Part shown: positions 27,801 to 39,300 of the stretch, piece after piece | Layout of the letters: each line of letters starts with the position of its first letter | Numbering within the stretch: the stretch's first letter is position 1 | Assembly: GCA_040954595.2 (NCBI GenBank) | Contig: CM082581.2 | Coordinates: forward strand, 12,708,286 to 12,772,285 | Reading direction: 5' to 3' | Length of the DNA stretch: 64,000 nucleotides | Origin: Balanoglossus misakiensis | Taxonomy: Eukaryota; Animalia; Hemichordata | The notes under the pieces: model-generated | Told to the model about the DNA's origin: nothing | What the model saw: the letters and a program-made list of their open reading frames with translations, nothing else | Databases searched by the model: none | Position numbers and translations under genes: made by a program

Positions 27801-30800
27801 TCCGCAACCAATGTGCATCTGTCAAAGGCCAATCTATATAGAGGGACATGTGACCTAGCAGCAAGCAACTGCAGACTCACTTCTGACCTAATTCATGAAA
27901 TTTCGTAAAATATGCAAACGCTCTCTTGCACTCTCTTCATCTGTGGTTTTGATATAATTAATCAAGAATATAAAGAAACTGGAAGAAAAACATAATATTT
28001 TCACAAAGTTCGAGAATTACAAATGGACCATTTCAGGCCGGCTTCCTATGGGGAAAGTAAAATTTCGCAACCATTACCTGCAGTCACTCTGTCGATGAAA
28101 TGACTTTTTGCAAATGTGCAGGGCATGAGTGAAACACTATCACATGTAATGAAACGCACAAGCTGAAATTGAGATTTCAATTCTTCTACAAACGTCACAC
28201 TTCAACATTCGTGCGTGGAATTCCTTCACACGCATCACGAGTTTCACATGACAGTTTTTAGTTCCTAATGAGAGAATATAGAATACAACTCTTCATGTGG
28301 GGTTTCCCCATTCAACACAAAGACAGGATGCGGATCTGTTTTCAGATGGCATTTAGCCTTTTATCTGAAGGTATCGGATATAGCGCTGATGTAAAAGCGC
28401 TGGGAGTGCAAGAGAATACATGCGCATGGGGATTGCACGGGAAAAGATGCTGAGTAATGGTCAGATGAGACCTGGTTTACAGCATATGCTGGTACATGTA
28501 CTTGTCAAACATCATCTGGATAACATCCAGTCAAGTTGAATATTAATTAACCCATGGTTGAAATGGACTGCTTATTTAGAAATTATCCTATGTTTTCACT
28601 TTTCCACTTGGCATCTACTTCAACAACTCTGACACATCACACGTAAATATCACGAGATCATTTCCAGTAAAATGGTTCACGGAAGTCATTAGTAACTGTC
28701 TTATAGGCTCTACATCCGCTCATGTGCTTGGATTTCTAAATTTACATCGTGCTCTGAAAGATAACATTTGATAAAAGCCACACACTTGTAATTACATTGT
28801 TTTCGATGTTTGCAAGGCCCTGTTCAAACACAAACAGCTGCTTTAAATCTAGGCTTTGTCATTAGTGACATTTATTATTGACAGAAATGATTTTACTTTG
28901 TTACAAATCAATCATTATCTAAGAATTATAGCTTCTGTTCAGAAGTTGAAAACATATTTAAACACCCAGTGTAGGTCTGTCAACACACAGTACTCCCGTT
29001 GGTCACAACTAAATTTGAGATGAGTATTTACTTGCCAATGATAGCATGCTGGCTATGTGACTGTGAGGTGTGTGACCAATACTGGACATTTCATCCTGTT
29101 TTATGTCATATACCAGAATAATACATTACTGCTGTCACTTTGACTAGTTTTTACAGAAACGTAGGCCATAACAAGACCATCCTGACCAGCCGTGTAAACC
29201 CATGGTCAACATGCTGGTAGTTGCTCTTTGCACGGCCCACTAATAGCATCAATTGTGAGGTCTGCGCTATTAAAATGAAGAGGATAATGATACCACTGTT
29301 AAACTCAGTACGCAGGACAACAGTATGCATGTCAGCGAGCTGTGGTACAACCAGCCGTATTGTAATGTTATGTCCTGTGCAGAAAATTTTCAAGCAGTAT
29401 GATCCAAGTCTGCCATGTAGCGGTATAGACCTGTAGTGTGTGGTGCATGTGAAGTACTGTGAGATCTTATCCTGCTCTACTATAAGATCAGACAATCATT
29501 GCTTCATTTCCGAATTGTAAATTCATACAACTAGAGTGCTTACAAAGGTCATCTATTGGTACAAGTCTAAATGTTTGCTGAGTGGAGTCATTAGCTTCAC
29601 ATGCTTTTTATCTCAAAACCACAAAGCCACTCAGATAACAGAGAAATGACTAGTTCAGAATGTGCACATAACAAATCATGGTATTTCCCCCAGAATAGCT
29701 GAAATTTTAGACAAAATAAAGGGAGATACACAACTTTTGAAACCAAGGAATCTCCACGAATTTGACTAGAATTGATAAATTAGCATAATTATTCATATAT
29801 TCATACCCAGAATTCCCTGTAATTTGTCCCTCTTTGATTAGTTTGATTACAAGTAATTCTCTAAACCGAAGTTAAAGTTATGTTTCTCCAACTTATAAGT
29901 GGAATGTAATTTCTGTGTTGTTTATTCATCACGCTTGTAATCTCTCCCATATTTGAGAATAACTATCATGGTTTACCTACATTGCCTGTATTGACAAGAC
30001 GCAAATGGCCAAACTTGGTCAACAAGAAATTTCTCAGGATCAAGATGGCTATCAGCAACTTATCATACAACAAATGTAAGTAGGTACACATTTTAAAAGC
30101 AACATGTCCACTGTATCCAGTTGTTATGATAATGCATTCCTGTCTACACGCCTGCAAAGTTGTTTTATGCTGGAACTCATCAGCTTTGCCAAAGAACTGG
30201 CCGCTGGTGACTTGTTTCATGATGCAACCCCTGAAAGTGAAAATGATTCTTATTTGGATGCAAAGGGAAAAAATACTTTCACTTACCTGACAGTTTTGAA
30301 ACATTACAATCATTAAATATAATAAATAGAATCACGACCACAAAAGGTTCACTGAATGTCTGGGAATGTTGTACTTAATTGAACCCCTATCACTTTGGCT
30401 GTGAGAGGTGAAAATTACTGTTGCCATGGGCAACCGAATGGCATCGCTCATTTACATATTCTTCTGAGACTTTTGTACAAAGTAAACACTTCTGATCATT
30501 GCACCCTCATATTAAGTCACGGCTGAATGTCTGTTACATAAATCGTGTATTCGCATAAGCTAATAAACTCCAGGTTTAGGACAAGATCAGTTTGGGGAGA
30601 TGTGTCGATTTCAAGTACTGTTTTGAGGATCAGTGTGGGCTAATGTGTCGCCCGTTCCTTTGAGAACATACCTATCGTCAACACTTGACACTCTTCTAAC
30701 ACTTGAAACTTGAGTCATGGCTGATTCTTCTCCAATATGATTCTGTCCTTGAAGTGACCTATATTCTATGAAGACAGAACTTGAGGTTACAGATATGATG

Positions 30801-30992
30801 GTCTGATATTGATAAAGCAGTGTTTCCTACCGCTCCGATGACGGAAGCCGCTGACGGTGTCCGATCGCTTCAGAAACAGATTTCTCAACCAGACATATCA
30901 GCCATGTGAACTGAAAAACAGTTAACATAAAATGACATAAAATTCAAATGTCCTTTGCCGTTGTTATTAGGAAATTGGTTTGGGTCCAAACG

Positions 30993-31025
30993 CGGAAGTG
31001 CTTGCCCTTCGTCCTCAAAATGGCG
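30993..31025 (+). promoter_or_regulatory. ETS/GABP-type (CGGAAGTG) and YY1-type (CAAAATGGCG) motifs; candidate core of a bidirectional promoter
   Basis: CGGAAGTG at 30993-31000 and CAAAATGGCG at 31016-31025, where the visibly CpG-richer zone (about 30.8-34 kb) between the two divergent genes begins. Confidence 0.55.
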
Positions 31026-32195
31026 ACGCAGAACGACATGGTAGATACTATTTGGCCGTGGGTAAAGTAATACCCAAGTTCACTCATTTTTTGCGATAGT
31101 TGCAGCCTACATGAGATATTTCAAGAGCTAAACAACGTTTAACCACTATATAAGTACGATAGGTGCAATATAAAAAGGCTGGGAACGTAAATCTGATCTA
31201 AACGCCAAACGTTGGCGAAGGTGTATTCCATCAACATTATTATCGTTCAGCCCAACTTAGGACGACTGACACCTTCAGGTCATAAGGCACGTGGGGTCTT
31301 CCCCCTTGCGGTTCGATCTAGGTGGAGCGTCTCAGGTCACCTTGCCTGCAATTCAAGGTGGTCCTGACCCAGGGGTCCTGACCCATCCATTCTGTTGATG
31401 ACTTTGAATCGCCACCCTTGTTAACCAAAATGCGTTTGGTTTGAGGACAACATTGAAACAGTGAATATCTCTTAGAAATGCACAACCCTCAGAAACATAC
31501 GACGTGGGTTATTTGCATGTATCCGCATTAAAATGTTAATTATTGACAGTTGTCAGGTCGACCAGCTGCTCGTTGATTACACGTCAATAGAAATAGAAAT
31601 GTGTGAAACATCTATTGAGTCCACAGCTGTACGTTCGTTTGTCTAATCGAACTCGTCAATTGAATTGTTCCGACTATTTGTTTGCTGCCCATAATGCAAT
31701 ACCGGAGTCAATTTATGCAATATGTATGATTTATTCATAGAAATGGCTTGCAAAATAACAAGAATTTCAACATTCAGTTTTAACGTGCCGATGTTCGTGT
31801 TTTTCTTGCATTTTTATTATCCGTAAGTACGTCAGCAGTTCAGAGTTCCCGTAGGAAAGTCAGCTGATTATAAATTCTTACACGCCACCAACCGCTATCC
31901 TAAGCACATGACCAGTATCAACATGACCCGATCAACATCGTAACTGTTTCATGGCACTCCATGTCTGGTCGTCGCCTACAATATTTTTTTTCGCTTTCAC
32001 CTTAATCCGGCATTCAGTTGATTTTTTTAATCTTTGTAGTACATCTCAAATAGGAACGGACCTCTGCTATCTAAAATTTAAAAAAATAATTCAATGTTGT
32101 GTTATTATTTTCCCAAAACAGAGACTTCCTGAAATCGCACATACAATTACGTAAGTAGGGGAGTCTTGAAACAGCCTTCTAAATAAGGAACTCAC

Positions 32196-32212
32196 TTCAG
32201 TGCAGACGGCAT
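32196..32212 (-). CDS. MARCHF5: Candidate MARCH5 first coding exon (MPSALK, phase 2)
   Basis: Minus strand reads ACAAA ATG CCG TCT GCA CTG AA|GTGAGT. It has an A-rich start context, a consensus donor and the phase 2 required by the RING exon, and human MARCH5 begins MPDQAL. Two other phase-2 candidates exist (30831-30928, 31341-31390), so this is unresolved. Confidence 0.4.
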
Positions 32213-32352
32213 TTTGTGCACCTCCAGAGTACGTGTGTGGTAAGGTTCGGGAGCACCTGCGTCAAACAGTTCAGTTTAGGTCGACATTTTGGAAGACGGA
32301 GCGCGTGAACGGCACCAAAATCCACAGATCAAGTAAGGACTGTTATCGCTAA

Positions 32353-33336
32353 ATGGGGGAATACGGTTTTGGTCTCAATACAAGTAATCCTAGGGCTTTG
32401 TCACCGATTGAGTTCTACAACAGCCTGAACACGACAACGTCTTTGTTTTCCTCCGAGTCACCTACCATGCAAGATGATATGTTGGCAGAGAAAACTGCTG
32501 GAAAGCAGCAACCACAGCAACTCTCACCAGGTGTGGATCACAGTTCAGATAATTCAGAAGATTTGTCGCCGTTAGGCAGGTCAAAATCGGAAGGTTCAAG
32601 CCCAGTTACCGTTCCAGACAAGAGAAGCGCACAAATTGAAACGACGACCTCAACGAATTCGCCATTGCAGTTGGGATATCAGGACGCCGGTAATAACGCC
32701 GCTCTTGCACCGAGTTTCTGGTCAACAGCGTCCGTTGACGACACATTTATGCAAGGAATACCGACAATGAACGGTGCCGTTCAATTTCAGAACTTTCCTC
32801 CAAACCCTGCGCCAATGTTTAACGCATCCATCGCCCCTCAAATAAATCTGCCTCAGCCTCAGCCCCAGCAGACGCAACCGCACAACCAAGCTCAGCGGCG
32901 AACTCAACAGAATCTTTTCCCGGCTTCGAGCAGTCAAGCTATATTGCAGCAGCAGCAGCAGCAGCAACAGCAACAACAACCAGCGAATATATACATGCAG
33001 CCAAGCAAGCAGTATACAAACTGGAGCAACCCACAGCAACACCAACAGCCATCGTGGGCCAACCCCCAGAATGTGCAGCAAAATTCTCCATGGGGGACAG
33101 TCGGTGGCCCACATTCCCAGCAACGGAGGTCAGCTCCAATGAACCCCGGTCCAATATCACCGATGAAAAAGTCGGGTCATCCGCAGCATCCTGTCATCTC
33201 GCCTTCAAAATTTACACGTAGTACGTCACTACCAGGAACGAAGGCGTATCATAACGCAGGCATGAATCCGAGTTTCGAGATCACCTCACACGACGACAAG
33301 AGAAACGACCAGCACTCGATGATGTCCTTTCATCAG
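32353..33336 (+). CDS. CPEB4: CPEB large N-terminal coding exon (328 codons, Q/P/S/N-rich low-complexity region with Q11)
   Basis: ORF 32353+ with an in-frame TAA directly before the ATG. Contains ISPMKK (cf. ISPLKK in CPEB2-4). Donor CAG|GTAAAT at 33337, phase 0. Confidence 0.92.
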
Positions 33337-36300
33337 GTAAATCCTTGTTCTCTTTTTCAGGAAGTGAACTGATAGCAGAGGACAGAACCGGCTAGCGTTC
33401 CCTTGAATCGCGTTACCGTCCATTCATTCTTTTTAGCTAGGAAGTGAGAATGTTTAAGGCCGTGAAAGGGGTTTCTTTATATTTTACAAAATCGACTGAA
33501 AATTAAATGGAGACTAAATTGTCCTTTGCTTAAACTAGACGCACATTTACAAGAAAACCTTTGTGCGCTGGCGACTTATCATACTCAGAAGACCCAGGGC
33601 AAATGCCAGAGATTCTTGACAAAGGTCCACGATTGTGGATATCTTGTAGCCAGAAATAGAATGGCGTAAATAGGCAGGTTTATTTTCCCCTTCTGTGGCT
33701 TGGCCCCTCTGTAGAGTTTATTTTGTAGTTTATTGCGATATATTGAAGTCTGTGATGAAAATAAGTTTAAAAGCCCATCACATCAGCTGGGTCGCCAACG
33801 GGGTGGTTTGTGGACAAAAGCTGCACTTAGTGATAAGTCGGGACAAAGGTCGATGTTTTGGGTGAACCCTGGTCGACATTTTTAAGGGTTTCGCTTTTCT
33901 GGATTTAGTTCGAACAGTATATATCGCCTGGCTCAGTCGCTGTTATTTGAGTAATAAATCATTTTCCCAAGCTTTATTTTTTCTTCATTGTGTAAATTTA
34001 GCCATCCAAGTCGTCGATACTGCAGCTCAATCAGTCAAACAAAGGATTGTGCCCTTTACAGAGTTGCAATCTACATATGCACATTGGTCAACAACCCTTT
34101 GTTATGATTGAATTTAGAAAAAAAATAGTAATTATTGAAAATTAGAATATACTTATTGAGCTGCGGCAGTTCTCATTGGAAAAAAATCTGATTTTATTGC
34201 CATCGCAAATAATATAAAATTTAAGTGGGAGGTATAGGTAGTCTGTCTAGTGTGAACTTGCTATATGATGTGTACAGTTTGGAAGATATTGAATGCCATA
34301 AATATCGAATGTATGATTTATGCCATATGGTCATAATGAGAAAGGTAATATTTCTAACGGCAAGAGGGGTTCATTGTCTAGTATTTGTGAGTGTTAGGCT
34401 TGGGTACTGAGAAATTTCCATAATGCAACATACTAGATGGCCTCTTTACAATTACTGACCAAAAGTACCAGTCTTTCTAATAATGTACACATCCATGTAT
34501 TCTTGGATGCTTTCCCACATGCCGACTCTTAGACAGATGAAGCTGTCTAAAATTATGCGTGTATGGAGATAGTGAACATATATCTGAAATAGACGCAAAT
34601 ACAAACACGGACTTATTCTGTAGATTTATTCGAGACAGACTAAACAGGCAAATCTGCTAAAGATGCCTTGATATATTTTTTCAGTAGCTGCACCTTGGTT
34701 AATATTAATACTAAAATTAAAATTGTCTTTTTGAAGTAAAGAAGTCTGTCTCATGCAGGTGAGATAGTGAACAATTTCAATGTTTACTGCTTAAGACTTA
34801 TTATCAAGATAATAATTTACCTCCTTAAACATTTCTTTTGAGATGTATATGCAATCAATACTGAGGGGTTACCAAGTTGTTACGGATAATGAATTATTAA
34901 TTCAATCCAATTTCAATGAAAGGAGTCTTTCTAAAGGACAACTTATAGTGGACAAGTCTTAGTGAAGTCCTCACTGTAGGTCACATGAATTTCTTTATTT
35001 ACTCTTGTGCCTTGAGTGATAAGATGGGGATTGTTCACTTGTGCACCTAGATCAGTAACCCTAAATGCCTCTAGGCAAGCAAATAAAAGGATTGGGGTAT
35101 AAATTGATATCCTTTACCTGAAAGCTTTAGAGCAATCTATTAGTATTTGCACAGTACGTGGCTCTTTCTTGTTAATATCAAGGTGACCTCTTACCTTTAC
35201 TTTGTTCTATTCCTGGCCACCATTGACACAGTGCCCTTTGTCTTATTTACCTGAGCTGTTAGTCGTACTGACCTGGGGTGATACAGCAAACACTGCCAAC
35301 CCTTGAGGCATTTCAGTGTGCCCTGTAATTAATATTTTTGAAAATGATTCAAGTGTTCATTTGTTTCCAAAGTTTGTATCGTTTCCTTAGTGTGTAACTT
35401 GGACGTGCTGTTTATTTTTTTATCTGGTAGGATCGCAATACCCAGACCTATGATACTATGAAGTTTCCAGCTTTGGAGCATCATCTAATGGATATCATGC
35501 GCACACCAGCAGACCAGCATCAGCATCCTGATAGTCATTTAAGAGGTTTGTAATGTGCAAAACAATTTTCTGTTGCATGTAGTACAGTGACAGTTTATTT
35601 CTAACATATATTGGTGAATTTTATAGTTGAACCTCCCAGCATGCAATGTGGCGTCTCTTGGAGATTATGCCTATTGTACTGTGTACAAGTCATGTTTGGC
35701 ATTACACTTGTGTTCTGATTGCCCCAGTGTTTGAGTTTATTATTGTGGTGTGATTGTCAGCATTTTTGAGCAATTGGAAAATGATAATATTTACATCACT
35801 TTTATGACTTAATTAGTGGCTTAAGTTCTGTTTTTGGTGTGTTTGGGTCGAGTCGACAATTTTGATACGTGGAAACATTTCAGGATAGAGCAAAGTATGG
35901 CAGCGTCTATTTGTGATATATTTGACCAAGGGGATGTAATGAGCTGTCACAACTGTAATATCACTGATGCTTGACTTTATTAATATACATATATTGGTGA
36001 GTGGTGACGAACTAAAAATACCTACCCTCAGGTATAACGCATGACCTTTATACTAAATGCATAAACTCAATTTACCTCAAGTGCTACCGTTCTACGTCAT
36101 TCTGTAAAACCACAAATATGAAAGCTGCCATATATTAACTTGCCTCATGATTTTCCCCCTCTGATGTATTATTAGTATGTACTGGAGTAGAATTGAGCAT
36201 GAGTTGAACAATAGAAGATACAGATAATTATAATATAGTGATGTTAATTCTGATTTTGAAGTTAAGGTAAAATGGTTCATTTAAAATGAAACAAACTTAA

Positions 36301-39300
36301 ATTCATAGGAGGCATTCAAAACTTGTGGTTTAAACAGAGGGTTAATTAACGTTTGCCGTTCCTCAACAAGATTTACCAGTAACTGTTCCATTTTATAATT
36401 CAAAATAATGTCTCAAATTGGATGTCATTGAATTTGAATGCTACCTTATATTTTCATAGATTTGAAAGAAAAATAACAGCAGGGGTTGTATTCAGCCTGT
36501 CCAAACCACAATGTTGTATTATAGTTAGTAAATTATTTTATTGAACCCACAGGAAATTGAAAGTTGTCAATCAGACATTTATGTAGTGTAGTGTACAGGT
36601 TTAGCCCACAGGGTTTGCATGGTTGTGATTTAACTTTTCAACCTAGCTGTGGCCCCTCAACTCTGTATTTTCACTCAGGTGAAATTATGGGGTACTAGCA
36701 TTTTGCGTCAATAAAGCCATGAATGAGAAATGTAAATTAACAATCCCATCAGTTTAATTAGGGACAGTCAATCATTAATTTACAGTAGGAAAGTAATTTC
36801 TCTGTATTCTTTAGATTTGAAATGAGTAAATGCACACACTGTGTGTTTTTGCCCATTTCATTTGTAAAGTAATATTTGTGGTAACCTTTTGAAATCGACA
36901 TGTTAAATGGATATGCCATGGTCCAATTTACTATTTACTGTAGCAAAATAGCCTCTCAGTTGAACTGATGAGCCATAACATTTAATTTAGCAAATTGTCA
37001 TGACCTTGACTTATGTCTACCTAATGGTAAGGCTTGATTTTTCTCCCAATGTATCCAGGCAAGATTGGCAATGTTGTGCATTAATATTTCAGTTTTGATC
37101 ATGAAAGTAAAAACGAGGCAGAATCTAACTATTTAAAAACTGATGGTATTGTTTGGGGAAATAATGAAATGATGCCATCATAAATTTGTTACCTTTCTAA
37201 AGTACTAAAGTTCAACTTCATAAATTAACTAACAAACTAGGTAAATGGTGAAAGTTCAGATGTCTTCAAGCCCTTGCCATTGATAATTGAGATGCATCAT
37301 CTAAGATACTGAAATACAATCAATATTGACAGTTGGTTGTCTAAGCCCAAACTACATCATTTCCCTGTTATCTGTAGGCGAGGTAAAGAGGTCAAAGATC
37401 ACATTACTGGGGACATTAGTAATCAAACATCACAAAGATACACAATTGAACATACATGGGACGATATGTACATGTACTATAAAGAGCTCTGAAGCTTGCA
37501 TCATTTGATTGTTGGGTGTACATGACCAGTTCTCTTGATGTTGAATTTATCCTTGACCCCATCAAGGGATTATGAAAAAGGGTGTACATGTATCCAAAAT
37601 TGAGGATAGAATGGGTAAGACTTGTAATGTACCGAGTGAGTGGAATTCTCACACTTAGAATTTAGTGAACAGTCATAGTGTGATAAAACATGTAATTAGT
37701 GATTTGAGTTCTGCATGAAGACTTTTTTTCGGATTTGAATTGGATGGGATAATATAACAAGTCAATGATAATCAAACTCCTGATTATTCATTGACAGCAT
37801 CAGGAATCATCCCCTCATAGTTAATCAAACAAATGGATGATTGTCGCCAGTTATTTGATTTTGAAATTATTAATGTTTTAGTGTGAATTTTAAGTGGAAA
37901 TCAAGTTGCTATGGTTAACAACCTCCACAGACTCTTATTAGTCTAATAAAAGTGAGTAGAAGGCTTGTGAGAGTCCAATATGGCTGTGAAATATTAAACA
38001 GTGGTCATTGTAGTTTCAATTTGCCAGCAATTATTCAAATTAGGGAATTTATAAATATTACATTTCAATACCAAATTCTTCATCGGTTACACAGTAATGG
38101 GCCTCCTTTGTAATTTTTTTCTTTCTGTAATACGCACACCACTGTTCTGCTGCCTGTAATAAAACATGCGTGAGTCAAATGATACTTCATAATATGCGAC
38201 ACACTAGTATGAACACTAGTGTCGTGACAAAAATGAATTATTAACATTCTAAAAATATACAGTGCTCTGTATCCAGCCTTCATTATTGAATGAATGATTT
38301 TCTAGATATTCTGACATTTCTATATGAAGATATTAGAAGTTCATATAATTTTAAAGTATTAACTGCAGTTTTGCAGTTTTTATTGTCTGAGAATTAACAT
38401 TGTTAAGCGCATCGTTATTAAAAGATCACATGACTGGTAAAAATTGAAGGTTTCCACTTCTCATTATCCTTTCTCCATGTCAGACCATGGTGAGACCAAG
38501 TTACCTTCAAAACAGAATTGATAATTTACAGTTTATCTGGTAACAGGAAACCTGGTAATTGTTGTAGGAAAGTAAACATTTAATGATAAAAGAGATGTAG
38601 ATTTCACATTATTAATTATGATGGCACGTCACCATATGGAAGCCTCCAGGAGTGGTTTCTGTGGCTATTATTTAGCAGAACTCTTATTTATCATACGTGT
38701 TGGCGTAGCTCAGCAGGTTTCCGAAAAATTCATGAGCGAGTTGCTGGTACCCATGTTGTAACAGAAGTATGCCGGAAAACTTGAGATCACATCCGGTCGT
38801 CAGGTTGTTGGTCTTAACTTGGTCTGACATTTTTAATTTTTTCCACAAAATAATGATAACTTATTATACAGTGTGCATGATTCAATAATAATGACCAAGC
38901 TTTTCAGAAGGCCATTGTTGTGGAAATGACTGTCATTATCTGCTGTGATGATAACTAATAATTTTACTATAATTATGGGGGTTCTGTAGCACGCAATTTG
39001 AAGCACCACAGTAATGGCACTGCTGTTGTTGGCAGAATCTCCCTGAAGCATTTTATATAATGGATGATTATTCATGAAAGATGGGAATGTGGCAGATGTT
39101 CAGACATTCCTTTACTGAATATATCTTGGAGATTTAGAACATGGATAGTACAAAAATGGATTTTTTAATAAATACCATTGAGTTCTATATTCATAAAATA
39201 GCCACCCAATTTTTACATAATGTATACCTTGGACAGTACCTCTTGTGGATTTGTTTTTGTTTTGCTGTGTGTTTGTAGTCATGCAGTCATAGTTCTGTTT

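Noticed and set aside
25420-28070. Segments with a texture suggesting decayed non-autonomous DNA transposons
   Set aside because: No terminal inverted repeats, target-site duplications or second copy could be shown within the window.
32722-33160. Minus-strand ORFs with poly-Leu/poly-Ala
   Set aside because: They are antisense shadows of the CAG/CAA-rich CPEB exon.
33337-35430. HDV-like CPEB3 ribozyme in the intron equivalent to the mammalian ribozyme-containing intron
   Set aside because: I could not build a nested double pseudoknot by eye. An Infernal or RNArobo search is needed to exclude it formally.
38484-38489. Possible 6-nt microexon CAG|ACCATG|GTGAGA
   Set aside because: It preserves frame but has no homology support, and such patterns arise by chance in long introns.
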